A DNA stretch of 64,000 bases from a virus (lineage: Duplodnaviria; Caudoviricetes): IMG/VR virus record IMGVR_UViG_3300032007_000014, one strand, 5' to 3'. Both the position numbers and the translations under genes were made by a program. Positions 46,173 through 55,696 of the stretch are shown here, piece after piece. The stretch's first letter is position 1; each line of letters starts with the position of its first letter. The notes beneath the pieces were generated by a model. It made no database searches. It saw only the letters and a list, made by a program, of their open reading frames with translations, and was not told where the DNA came from.

Positions 46173-47651
46173 TTATTCGTAGATTCCTTGTTCTTTCCGA
46201 ATGTACTCAACTGCTTTCATTGCGAGGAACATGTACAGAGGCATCTTGTAGAACTGTTCTATGGGAGGAAGGTTATACACCTCTTCGATGCACTTGTGCA
46301 ATGCTTTCAAGTTGATAGCACGTTCGGTAAGGAATGTCTTCACAAGTTCTTCATGTTCTGTAGAACCTGAGAAGATGAAGGAGAATCCGCCTGCAGATCC
46401 AGCACCATCAGAGAACGCACTTGTGTTGAAGAACAGGCATTCATGATAATGTGGATGGAGGTGAATCAGAAGATCTCCGATCATATCGTTGGATGGATTC
46501 GTTTCTGTGTCAAGGATATCTCCACCATCTCCTTCATTGTCATCACAATCTTCCGATGAACAAATGTCATAGAGAGATGGTGAATCAATGAACTCGGTGT
46601 ACTGCTTGTTAAGCAGAGCATTGAGTCTGGTGTAAGTAGATCCAACTGTAAGTGTCTTGACAGTGATCTCAGTTGGAACTGCTTGAAGTGGAATAGTTTC
46701 CTTGATGAACGCACGCCAGATATTCACATCCATGAATGGAGCATCTTCCATGAACTGGATCGGGAGACCACCCATGTTCCTGTAATCCACAATCTGGTGA
46801 ATAAAATCCACCATGTAAGGATCGTAGATACCATCGGGTCTCATGATCGATCTGTAGATCTTGCGTTCATAGAACTTGCTCATGTAGTATGATGTCATCT
46901 GGTAGTAGCTCTTGTGCAAGAAACGAAGTTCAACTGCTTCATCATGAAGAAGCAATGCACCTGGTTCATTCAGAAAACGTTTCTTGTCGAACCAAGCTTC
47001 ATCTCTCACTCGCTTATCAAGTGCTTCCTGCATTTCATCTGTCATGATGTTAGTCATCCAGAAATGAATGCGGAAATACGTTGATGAACGAATAGCTGTG
47101 CGTTCCGGAATCTCATCGATTGTCATCAGACCAATAACACCAGTATCCACTTCCATAGTGAATCTGTCACCTTGTTCAGGTCTGAATCCAGGATAGCAGA
47201 TTGCTTCACCTGTTAGTCTGCTCTCTTGACCATTCTCTCTGTCGTGTTCATACGAGAGTGCTGAAGTGAGACGAACTTCAAATCCGTGAATTCGAAGATA
47301 CGAGTAATGTACATCGTTCATATCGAACTCAGAGATCTTGTTCTTTCCACCAATATCTGTTTCAGGATTCTGATCCTTGTAGTATGTAACCACAAGAGGA
47401 GATCCTTCAGCAAAACCCTTCATGTACTGAACAATGGAAGCCCTTCTATCAACGTTGATAGCCTGTTGGTTGTTGAAGGTGCTTTTGACATATGTGCGTT
47501 TCGCATACATGTCATCAGGCTGTGGAAGTACTTCAGGGATTTTAGTCAGATTCGGATGTTCTTTGGTATCAACATTCGGTTCCAACTTACTCTCATTGAC
47601 AGGAGATGATTTCAGAGCGGATGGATTGTTCTTTTCACTTGCAAATGCCAT
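46173..47651 (-). CDS. Virion structural protein (neck/head-tail, phiKZ gp99-like)
   Basis: EGSPLVVTYY, TGEAICYPGFRPEQGDRF and YDPYMVDF motifs recalled from phiKZ-like structural proteins. Confidence 0.55.
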   Translation of the reverse strand: MAFASEKNNPSALKSSPVNESKLEPNVDTKEHPNLTKIPEVLPQPDDMYAKRTYVKSTFNNQQAINVDRRASIVQYMKGFAEGSPLVVTYYKDQNPETDIGGKNKISEFDMNDVHYSYLRIHGFEVRLTSALSYEHDRENGQESRLTGEAICYPGFRPEQGDRFTMEVDTGVIGLMTIDEIPERTAIRSSTYFRIHFWMTNIMTDEMQEALDKRVRDEAWFDKKRFLNEPGALLLHDEAVELRFLHKSYYQMTSYYMSKFYERKIYRSIMRPDGIYDPYMVDFIHQIVDYRNMGGLPIQFMEDAPFMDVNIWRAFIKETIPLQAVPTEITVKTLTVGSTYTRLNALLNKQYTEFIDSPSLYDICSSEDCDDNEGDGGDILDTETNPSNDMIGDLLIHLHPHYHECLFFNTSAFSDGAGSAGGFSFIFSGSTEHEELVKTFLTERAINLKALHKCIEEVYNLPPIEQFYKMPLYMFLAMKAVEYIRKEQGIYE

Positions 47652-47658
47652 AGCTCAA

Positions 47659-49074
47659 TCATCCTCGTTTTTCAACCAACAGATTGCACATAAGAACTCT
47701 GAATTGAGTGAAATGTGTGATCTTCGGTTCAGTACATTGTGACAACACGAATCTGTAGACACGTTTGACATTCTTGTTCTTGATCTTCAAGACAGAACCA
47801 TCGAATTCGAGAAGAGATGGATCCACTTGCATATCGTCGGCGAATACACCAATGTGATAAGGGAATCCAATCTCCAGACATTTGGCTCCGTATTTTTGAT
47901 AAGAAGCAAGGACTTCTGGAATCAATGCATATCCAGGAATGTCAGTGGAGATGTCGATGTCCGTTGTCCTGTTCTCATCATCCACATTGTCAAGAGTGAT
48001 GATACCAACGAAGAAAGGATGGTATTTCCTCTTGAACAAGATAGATGTTTGTTGAACAGTCCAATCATCCCACCATGGATAGTGGACACACAGAGGTTTC
48101 TTGGTGGAAGCTTCTTGTTTCTTGTACCACGTATCCACGGCTATGTTTTGCCATCTGATATTCCCTTCGTTGTGAATCCTATATTCAGGATCCACAGGAA
48201 CATAATCAAATGGAATCAGATAATTGTTGACAGTTTCAGGGTATTCAAGAAGAACTCTATCCACCTTGGCAAACTGACAAGTCACATTGAAATTGACAAT
48301 GAACTTTCCAGTCTGTCCGGCATCAGGTGCTTCTTGACTGCATTCGATCTGGAAGATAGCATTCTTTTGATTGTGCTGAATCACACACTCTCTGTCATTC
48401 ATCTCGACTCTTCGATTGGTCGTCAAATTGATCTGACCTTTCGAATTCTTGTACAACCACTTGAAGTATTCGGTTTTATCGATTCCTTCCATCTGGCTGA
48501 TGACATAGAGAGTGTTGAGGATCTGGACAGGGACTGGATAATCATACACCAGATCGAAGTATTGGACCATTTCACCATTGGTAAAAGTTTGGAACAATCT
48601 TGACAATGTTTCAGTTGCTGTTGTGTTCGATGTAAAGATCATCTGAACTTCCATCGTGAAGTTAGCAGCAACCACATGTTCTTCCAACAATGTCCTCACA
48701 TCTGCATTGGAGAACACGGGATAAACTGTATCTTTTGTCCAGTCCAACCAAGGTTTCTTTGTCTTGGTTTGGTGACCACCTGTGATCAAGGTATTTCCAT
48801 TCCCAAGATCAATGGTCGTTCCATTTCCTTCCCATTTATTCTGGGACATGTTGTAACTTGGAGTGAGCGTTGCAATACATCGATCACGATTGATTTTCGC
48901 ATTGCTATCATCATCCACAGACTTGGATGTGGCACGTGTATCGGATTGCATATCAACGTTGACAAAGGTATGATCCCTTCCCAACTTCTTGATAATCAAT
49001 CCAAGTAGCTGTTGTGCACATGCTTCGTAGATATGATTTTGTTGCTCACGCACGTTCGTTATAAGCTTGAGCAT
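47659..49074 (-). CDS. Virion structural protein (phiKZ gp98-like)
   Basis: 471 aa; YDYPVP, LEYP..VNN.LIP and P.WDDW motifs; operon position. Confidence 0.5.
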   Translation of the reverse strand: MLKLITNVREQQNHIYEACAQQLLGLIIKKLGRDHTFVNVDMQSDTRATSKSVDDDSNAKINRDRCIATLTPSYNMSQNKWEGNGTTIDLGNGNTLITGGHQTKTKKPWLDWTKDTVYPVFSNADVRTLLEEHVVAANFTMEVQMIFTSNTTATETLSRLFQTFTNGEMVQYFDLVYDYPVPVQILNTLYVISQMEGIDKTEYFKWLYKNSKGQINLTTNRRVEMNDRECVIQHNQKNAIFQIECSQEAPDAGQTGKFIVNFNVTCQFAKVDRVLLEYPETVNNYLIPFDYVPVDPEYRIHNEGNIRWQNIAVDTWYKKQEASTKKPLCVHYPWWDDWTVQQTSILFKRKYHPFFVGIITLDNVDDENRTTDIDISTDIPGYALIPEVLASYQKYGAKCLEIGFPYHIGVFADDMQVDPSLLEFDGSVLKIKNKNVKRVYRFVLSQCTEPKITHFTQFRVLMCNLLVEKRG

Positions 49075-49215
49075 CGTGGTTTTCCTTTAGGTTTACGTTA
49101 CATACGATGGTCGGATCACCTAATTCATATCTGTATTTTGATATGATCAAGTCTATAATTATGCGTAATTGTTTTAGTCTAAGGCTTGTCCACACTAACA
49201 CTGGAGGTGACTTAA

Positions 49216-50616
49216 ATGCCTATGTTTGATCTAACGGCAAGTATGGAGGATGTCAGACTTGCCACAAAAACTGTGAACTTCAATACGGACACATTATTCG
49301 ACTACCAAGTTGGTTCGGTCGAGAGAGGAGTAGATGGTAAGTTCTACCTGAGTGGTGGATATGGACCATCTCTCATCGGAGGTATTGCAAAACCAGGATA
49401 CTACAAATCCACTCTCATGGGTTCGTTCGCCGCAAGAATCTCGGCACTCTATCAGGTCCAGGAATTCATTCTCGACAGTGAGGATGCAATCTCTCGTGAC
49501 AGAGATCGTCTCGTTAGATTTGCTGGAGAACACAGTGGTCTCATTGATGCTGACAAACAGATCATCTGTCTGGATGGTACATCAGAATACGACGTCGATC
49601 ATCTCTTGAAGTTTGTTCAAGAGATCTGCGAGAACAAGAAGAAACATGCGAAAGATCTGATGATCACAACTCCTTTCCACGATGCAGCGTGCAGTGGAAA
49701 AGAACTTCGTATGCTTGCACCAACGGTGTTGTTCGTTGACTCTCTCACAGAACTGCATTGCTTGGATGAAATGAAGATCGTTGATGAAGGTCTTGATTCC
49801 AGCAAAGCCACAACCATCGCCATGCGCGATGCACTGAAGAAGACTTATCTTCTCAGATGGCTCAAGAAACTTGCTGTTGAATACAACATCATTGTTGTGC
49901 TTACGGCACACTTTGGAAAGAAGATCGACATCGATGGTGGATATGGTCCTACTCCAAAAACCATGCAGTTCATGCAGGCTGACATGGCAATCAAAGGTGT
50001 TGGAAGCAAATTCACCTTCCTGACGTCACCGCAGGTCAACATCGATTCTTGCAAAGTTTTGCAGGATGATTCAAAGCAATGCTGGTATAAGTTCGGTGAC
50101 ACCGGACCTATGGATGTCAATGAGTTGATCGTCAAGATCCAGCGTTGCAAGAATAACAATGCTGGAACCATGCAACCTTACATCGTCAGTCAATCCAATG
50201 GATATTTGGAAGATGCAACGAATTTTCATTATACCAAGACAATTGGCAAGATGTTTGGTCTTTCTGGAAATATGACAACTTGTTCGCACACTCTTGTTCC
50301 TGACAAAACCATGACAAGGAACAGCATGCGTAAAGTCATCGGAGAAGATTACAGGATTCACAGAGCATTCCAGTTGACGGCACAACTTCTGTACTTGCAG
50401 AGGAATTGGAATATCAATGAACTGTTCCCACACAATGTGGAACCAGAGAGATTCTGTGATTTCATTCTCAGCAGCAAAGATCCTTACACCAAGGATATGA
50501 TTCTTGAATCAAGGAGTTACTGGCTTCCGAAGGAAATCAAGTCAGAAAGACCTTACATGTCCTTGATGGATATTCTTGAGTTGATCAAGAACAACAGCAA
50601 ACCTCTCGTGAAGTAA
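49216..50616 (+). CDS. DnaB-like replicative helicase of RecA fold (phiKZ gp118-like)
   Basis: G...RGVDGKFYLSGG, Walker A AKPGYYKST, LDSE, FVDSLT, LTAH and RCK motifs. Confidence 0.75.
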   Translation: MPMFDLTASMEDVRLATKTVNFNTDTLFDYQVGSVERGVDGKFYLSGGYGPSLIGGIAKPGYYKSTLMGSFAARISALYQVQEFILDSEDAISRDRDRLVRFAGEHSGLIDADKQIICLDGTSEYDVDHLLKFVQEICENKKKHAKDLMITTPFHDAACSGKELRMLAPTVLFVDSLTELHCLDEMKIVDEGLDSSKATTIAMRDALKKTYLLRWLKKLAVEYNIIVVLTAHFGKKIDIDGGYGPTPKTMQFMQADMAIKGVGSKFTFLTSPQVNIDSCKVLQDDSKQCWYKFGDTGPMDVNELIVKIQRCKNNNAGTMQPYIVSQSNGYLEDATNFHYTKTIGKMFGLSGNMTTCSHTLVPDKTMTRNSMRKVIGEDYRIHRAFQLTAQLLYLQRNWNINELFPHNVEPERFCDFILSSKDPYTKDMILESRSYWLPKEIKSERPYMSLMDILELIKNNSKPLVK

Positions 50617-50628
50617 CAGGAATGGAAC

Positions 50629-50847
50629 ATGAATCAAGAGAAACGAAGACAACGGGCGAAAGAGAAAGCCCGATTGAACAGAATTCAACGGAACAAACCA
50701 AAACAGAATCCATCACGACCTGCTGGTTTGTTCACAAAACAAAAAGTTGTGAGAAGAGCAATGAAAACATTCAGCATCGCTGCATTGTTGATGATATTGC
50801 TCGGATCCATCGCAGTAATCTGCACCTTGCTTCGACTTGCATTTTGA
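50629..50847 (+). CDS. Small membrane protein (basic N-terminus, one C-terminal TM segment)
   Basis: 72 aa; FSIAALLMILLGSIAVICTLL is hydrophobic. Confidence 0.55.
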   Translation: MNQEKRRQRAKEKARLNRIQRNKPKQNPSRPAGLFTKQKVVRRAMKTFSIAALLMILLGSIAVICTLLRLAF

Positions 50848-51026
50848 TAATCCTTGTTACAATATTCTTAACAGGATGTTGTAGTGTTGGATTGCATATT
50901 GACAAGTATGGAGCAAGAATTGGAAAAGAAAAGATAGAGAGTTATGAAGATGAAAATGGTTCCGTGTATTTGTACATGAAATTCACTGGAATTGGATTCT
51001 TCTGGTATCCTATCTTTGGAAGATGA
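50844..51026 (+). CDS. Possible small lipoprotein
   Basis: TTG start overlaps the upstream TGA (TTGA); IILVTIFLTGC lipobox; lacks a basic n-region. Confidence 0.4.
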   Translation: MIILVTIFLTGCCSVGLHIDKYGARIGKEKIESYEDENGSVYLYMKFTGIGFFWYPIFGR

Positions 51027-51077
51027 TCTACAAAAGCTAACACACTCCAGGAGTAATCCTGGAGTGTGTTAGTAAGT

Positions 51078-51839
51078 TTATTCTTTGTCTTTCACTTTGT
51101 CAGCAACTGCAGACACAGTATCAACCACAGTTCCTGCAACACCACCTTGTGCTTTGTACTTGGTGTATACTTTGATCACGACAAGTACAAGAACAACAAG
51201 AGCAAGCAATGCAAGAACAACGTATTTCACGATGACCTTGATGTTACTCATGGATGATGTTACTGTGGTACCAGCAGTGTCAACTGTTTTCACAACAGCT
51301 TCTTTGGTTGCTTCTGCAACAGGTGGAACGATCTTCGGAGCAACTTCAGCAGTCTTGTCAACAATCTTGTCGATGCCTGTTGAAGATGGTTCCACTTCAG
51401 GAGGTTGTGATCCTGATCCTGTGGCAGCACCAATTGTCTTGGTTGCTGTTGGTTGTGGTTCAGGTGCAGTGCGAACAAGGTAATTCTTTGCAAGAGCAAT
51501 TTTGACTTCAGCAGGAACTTTGTCAGATGTCATGACACTCTCGACATAACCTTCATTCAACTGAGGTCCTGATTTAAGAGTGTTAACTCTCCCAGTTCCT
51601 CCAGTTGTTGCGACCAAACCACCACCTGTTGAACTTTGTGTTGTGAAACTACAATTGCCTCTGATAGAAGCAGTTGTTATTTCAGATTGTCCGATACGGA
51701 CACCAACAGGTGTTCCATACACTGGCACGGTGGCATCCAGACCAATGGCTTTCAGTTCTGTGAACACATTGTGTCCACAACCACCGCACATCAGCATGAT
51801 GGGAGTAAAACAAAGAAGCATTTTGAACAAATTCTTCAT
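51078..51839 (-). CDS. Lipoprotein with C-terminal TM helix (unimolecular-spanin-like architecture)
   Basis: MKNLFKMLLCFTPIMLMCGG-C signal, beta-rich domain, P/T linker and YVVLALLALVVLVLVVI TM; SD GGAGG. Confidence 0.55.
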   Translation of the reverse strand: MKNLFKMLLCFTPIMLMCGGCGHNVFTELKAIGLDATVPVYGTPVGVRIGQSEITTASIRGNCSFTTQSSTGGGLVATTGGTGRVNTLKSGPQLNEGYVESVMTSDKVPAEVKIALAKNYLVRTAPEPQPTATKTIGAATGSGSQPPEVEPSSTGIDKIVDKTAEVAPKIVPPVAEATKEAVVKTVDTAGTTVTSSMSNIKVIVKYVVLALLALVVLVLVVIKVYTKYKAQGGVAGTVVDTVSAVADKVKDKE

Positions 51840-51947
51840 TTGACACCTCCCTTTATGAGTTCCATTTTAGCAATATTCTCCAAGGAATTTCCACGGATAT
51901 TTGTTCTACGAACCTGCTAAAATGTTAGGTGTGATCGGATGGATTGC

Positions 51948-53135
51948 TTATCCAGCCGTTGTAAGAAGATACTGACCAAAGGTGGTCGGAGGATTGGTGA
52001 CATCCTTCATCCCTTTAAGGTTAGCACCTTCTTTGATCTTCGCTTGTTTCAACATGGTGTAAACCATGCGAGACATGATCTGCGATCCTGTGTTGATGAA
52101 CTGACAACCCTGTGAGAACTTCCTGAACCCATTGGAGATCTCAGTGAACATGCGTCTGTTCTGAGGATTGAAATCATTCTGCTTGATGTTGTCGAAGAAC
52201 TTCGACATTTTCTTGGAATTGTTCGAGAGAGCATTGGAATAGCTGTTGACACTTCCGAGCACATCAGCAGAGTTGTCGATACAAGCATCGAGAACTTTCG
52301 GATTGAAACCAAGTTCTTTGGTTGTCTTGTCAACTTTTCCAATCACATTGAAGTCAAACTTCAGATTGGAGATGCCGGTTTCATCAACATCGACGGTGAC
52401 GAGACCTTTCGGATTTGTGATGCCTTCGAATGCTTTTCCAAGAGCCACGACTGTGTTGATCGCCATGTCAAGTTTCTTCTGTGAATCTTCATCACCCTTG
52501 ATGGTGTTCACGAGATCTTTCGGATTGATCATGGACACATATCCACAGAACTTGAACAAGAACGGTTCGCACATCTTGTCAAACTTGACAATGACAGCAC
52601 CAAGTGCACCGAAATCTTTGAGTTCAAGTCCATCGTGAAGAACAATGGTTTCGAAATGTTTTTCATCGATGATCGATGCATCGTAGCTGACTTGTGCCTT
52701 CTTGAAAAGGTTCAGCATTCTCCGATTGGATGAGAACAGACCGAGAATCCAATCGAGAAGTTTCTTGAAGAACTCTTTGATTGTGTCAAGGAATCCTTCT
52801 GTTGCTGCTTCGATGGATGCATCGAGTTTATTCAGAACTGCGTCTTGGAGTTCAGCAGTACCGTACTTCTCAGGAGAAATATCGATACCGAATGACTCCA
52901 TAGAGGAAGTGAATGCATTGCTGAGTCCATTCAGTGATGCAACAACTGCTGCAGTCACACCGTACTCACCAATGGCTTCCTTTGCAATCAAACAGTCATT
53001 GATCACTTGAATCTGTTCATCCAAACGGTTCTGAAGTTCATTCAGTTCTTGTCCGTTCATGCTGAGAGATTCAAGTGAACTGATGATGTTCTGTTCTTCG
53101 AGGGACCCCCCCATCATCTCATTCTTGAATTTCAT
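51948..53135 (-). CDS. Internal head (inner-body family) protein
   Basis: Repeated S/A-x-E protease-site motifs (SLE, SME, SIE, ATE) followed by the amphipathic GFLDTIKEFFKKLLDWILGLF helix typical of phiKZ head paralogues. Confidence 0.7.
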   Translation of the reverse strand: MKFKNEMMGGSLEEQNIISSLESLSMNGQELNELQNRLDEQIQVINDCLIAKEAIGEYGVTAAVVASLNGLSNAFTSSMESFGIDISPEKYGTAELQDAVLNKLDASIEAATEGFLDTIKEFFKKLLDWILGLFSSNRRMLNLFKKAQVSYDASIIDEKHFETIVLHDGLELKDFGALGAVIVKFDKMCEPFLFKFCGYVSMINPKDLVNTIKGDEDSQKKLDMAINTVVALGKAFEGITNPKGLVTVDVDETGISNLKFDFNVIGKVDKTTKELGFNPKVLDACIDNSADVLGSVNSYSNALSNNSKKMSKFFDNIKQNDFNPQNRRMFTEISNGFRKFSQGCQFINTGSQIMSRMVYTMLKQAKIKEGANLKGMKDVTNPPTTFGQYLLTTAG

Positions 53136-53214
53136 TTTGTGACAATTGCTTGTGTTTAATGGGATTAAAAAGTGAGATAGGACGAATTCCTATCTCACTT
53201 GTATAGTGTGTGAT

Positions 53215-55674
53215 TTAGTACTTCATACGAAGCTGAATGTTCCACTCAGCACATTCCGCTTGTGTTGCAACAGGGACAGATTTGCTTCCATATTCAGAAG
53301 CAGCAATGTCTCCTGTCATTCCAACAAGCAATGCAGCATTATCTGCAGAGATCACGACAGAGACTGTATCACCATTGTCATCATAGGTGAACTCTCTCCT
53401 GTAATACTTGTAAATGTTGCTGCTTGTGAGAGTAACATTCGCCTCCGCGTCAGCATCTGCGACTTTCACATACCACGTCAGTGGCAGATACAGACGAATG
53501 ACCTTGTATCCGTTGGATGTTGTTACACCAACTTGGACGTGACTCAAGAAACTTGATTCCGTATCGGATTTGTTGGAAACAATTGGATTGATGACAACAT
53601 CACCAATTCCATATCCATACGTGCTCTGAGCTGTGTTGCAGATCAAGAGTGCATCAATGGAAACGTTACCGATTGCCAGATTGTCGACAACATACTCGGG
53701 AAGTTGGAAGTCGATGTAGTTCGGACCACTTGTCTTACTGAAGCAGCATTTGCATGCAACTTCGCTCGTCAAGTAGGTGCGGTTGGCAAGAATCGGTGCG
53801 AAAATATCTTCTTTACCGATCTCTTTCCAGTCGCCCCAAACAACAGACTGATTTGTTCCATTGAACTCGTAGTACGTATCGCTTGGAATGGCTTCGCCTA
53901 TCAGTGCTGAGACATCGGCTTCTTCATAAGTTCCAGGAGTTGATCCTTCCGTGTAGTAGACAACACCTTCTTCGAAGGTTTCTGCAGAAGTCAGGACGTA
54001 TTCATCGGTGAACACGTTATTACCGATTCGTTGCAACACCGCACCAGAATCATCATCGATGTAAGTCTGATAATATCTGTACGGTATGTTCACGATGGCT
54101 TCTGCATCGATCTCAGAAGAAGTCTTGAGTTTCACGGATTGAACTGTGAGCTGTCCTTTACCGCACGGTGTCTTCCCATACATGCCGAGATAGCCCGCAG
54201 CATTGCCTGCACTGAGACGAACACTTTGTTCGTCATCATTGTTATCAGTGTAGACAAATGTCATCCCAAAATACTCGTTCGGAACAGCAGGCTTGAGATA
54301 GATGTGTCTGGAAGGAACATGTGCGGGCACGTGATTCAGATAGTAGATACCTTGTTCGGTCTCTGTGTCCAAATCCCTGATCTCGTAGATCGTCTCTTCA
54401 GACATCGGATCTTCCGGATCATAATTCGGATTCGATGTTCCAACTTTGTCACGGATCGCCATTTCTGGATAGATACCGACGTATTCCAGTACGGAATCTC
54501 CCAGATAGGGATGTGAGTGGATCATCGAGTACACGTCATCATGATCGTGATCGAGTGGTGAGTACAGTTCATCGTGCGTGTGAACAGCAGGTGCTGCACC
54601 CACATCCTGGTAGGTATGAGTGTGCACAACGGCTGCGAAGATAGAACGAAGAGGATTGACTGCAGAAGGTCCTGTGATGGACTCTGCATCCTCGTAATAC
54701 GTTCCAACGATCGCAGTACCAGCTGTGACAGTTGCTTCAGAGAATGTGTCTGTTGTATCGTCATACGTGTAGTACGTCTTACCTTCGACGAACTCAGCAT
54801 CCGATGTGATAGTTTTCACTGTCACATAGGAGTAACCGAAACACGAATAGACGGTGTCGTACAAACTCCTGAAGTAACTGTATGCAACAACGTGCTCGGA
54901 GTCTGCTGTTGCAGGAATGTTGGATGCAGTCACAACATGATCTCTATGGACAAACAATCCAGGGTGAGCCGATGCACTCGCATCATGGATCAACAATGAA
55001 TCATTTGTCAGAATGTCATCATGAGAGTGAACTTTGTCAGCATATCTCCCATCGTGGTTGTGACCAGCGTATTCCTGATAGAACGCGAGAATTCCTGCAG
55101 TTGTTGTGATCATGTTTGCGGCATTTGCAATCTCACCCTTGTAATCACTCGTGAGAGCATTCAAAGAGATGTACAGATCATTGTGATTGTGATTCAGATA
55201 TGCCGCATAAAATCCAGCAATCTGAGTCGCTGAAACGATTTTGTCAGTTCCAGTTGTCACAAGATCATCCACAATTGCAGATGCTTGCAAGTACTCAGTA
55301 TGTGAGTGAACAAGAGGTGCGTACAGTGTGTTGTGATTGTGTCCCAGATATGCCTGATACACATCATACACTGCTTTCTTAGATGCGACTTTATCCGAAT
55401 CTGTTGACACGTCGTAAGAAGTGTACGAATTCGTTACATCAGAAAGCTGGACGTAGTAATTCGCATGTGCGTTAGGATCCGCCATGTGAATAACAATGTC
55501 ACTTGAAGATGAGCCACCTCCACCACCAGTGATCAATTCACTTTTCAGGACATACTGCGGATGTGGATTGAGGGTGATGTTGTTCGCATCCGTTTCAACC
55601 ATATGGTCTTTCAATTCATAAGAAGTTGTAAGACCGGCTGGTTTCCTCTTACGAGAAAAAGAAAGAGTTGCCAT
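53215..55674 (-). CDS. Tail fibre protein
   Basis: 819 aa; HPQY, many H-x-H repeats, VASKKAVYDVY and repeated T...F.EG..YY modules. Confidence 0.7.
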   Translation of the reverse strand: MATLSFSRKRKPAGLTTSYELKDHMVETDANNITLNPHPQYVLKSELITGGGGGSSSSDIVIHMADPNAHANYYVQLSDVTNSYTSYDVSTDSDKVASKKAVYDVYQAYLGHNHNTLYAPLVHSHTEYLQASAIVDDLVTTGTDKIVSATQIAGFYAAYLNHNHNDLYISLNALTSDYKGEIANAANMITTTAGILAFYQEYAGHNHDGRYADKVHSHDDILTNDSLLIHDASASAHPGLFVHRDHVVTASNIPATADSEHVVAYSYFRSLYDTVYSCFGYSYVTVKTITSDAEFVEGKTYYTYDDTTDTFSEATVTAGTAIVGTYYEDAESITGPSAVNPLRSIFAAVVHTHTYQDVGAAPAVHTHDELYSPLDHDHDDVYSMIHSHPYLGDSVLEYVGIYPEMAIRDKVGTSNPNYDPEDPMSEETIYEIRDLDTETEQGIYYLNHVPAHVPSRHIYLKPAVPNEYFGMTFVYTDNNDDEQSVRLSAGNAAGYLGMYGKTPCGKGQLTVQSVKLKTSSEIDAEAIVNIPYRYYQTYIDDDSGAVLQRIGNNVFTDEYVLTSAETFEEGVVYYTEGSTPGTYEEADVSALIGEAIPSDTYYEFNGTNQSVVWGDWKEIGKEDIFAPILANRTYLTSEVACKCCFSKTSGPNYIDFQLPEYVVDNLAIGNVSIDALLICNTAQSTYGYGIGDVVINPIVSNKSDTESSFLSHVQVGVTTSNGYKVIRLYLPLTWYVKVADADAEANVTLTSSNIYKYYRREFTYDDNGDTVSVVISADNAALLVGMTGDIAASEYGSKSVPVATQAECAEWNIQLRMKY

Positions 55675-55696
55675 GTTCTAACTCCTTAATGAATGA

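Noticed and set aside
49216-50616. RecA/UvsX recombinase call
   Set aside because: The fold is RecA-like, but size and N-terminal motif fit the phiKZ-type DnaB-like helicase better; not confirmed by a search.
50622-51026. 134-aa ORF as given in the track
   Set aside because: Its 5' part overlaps the more plausible 50629..50847 gene; only the portion from TTG 50844 looks coding.
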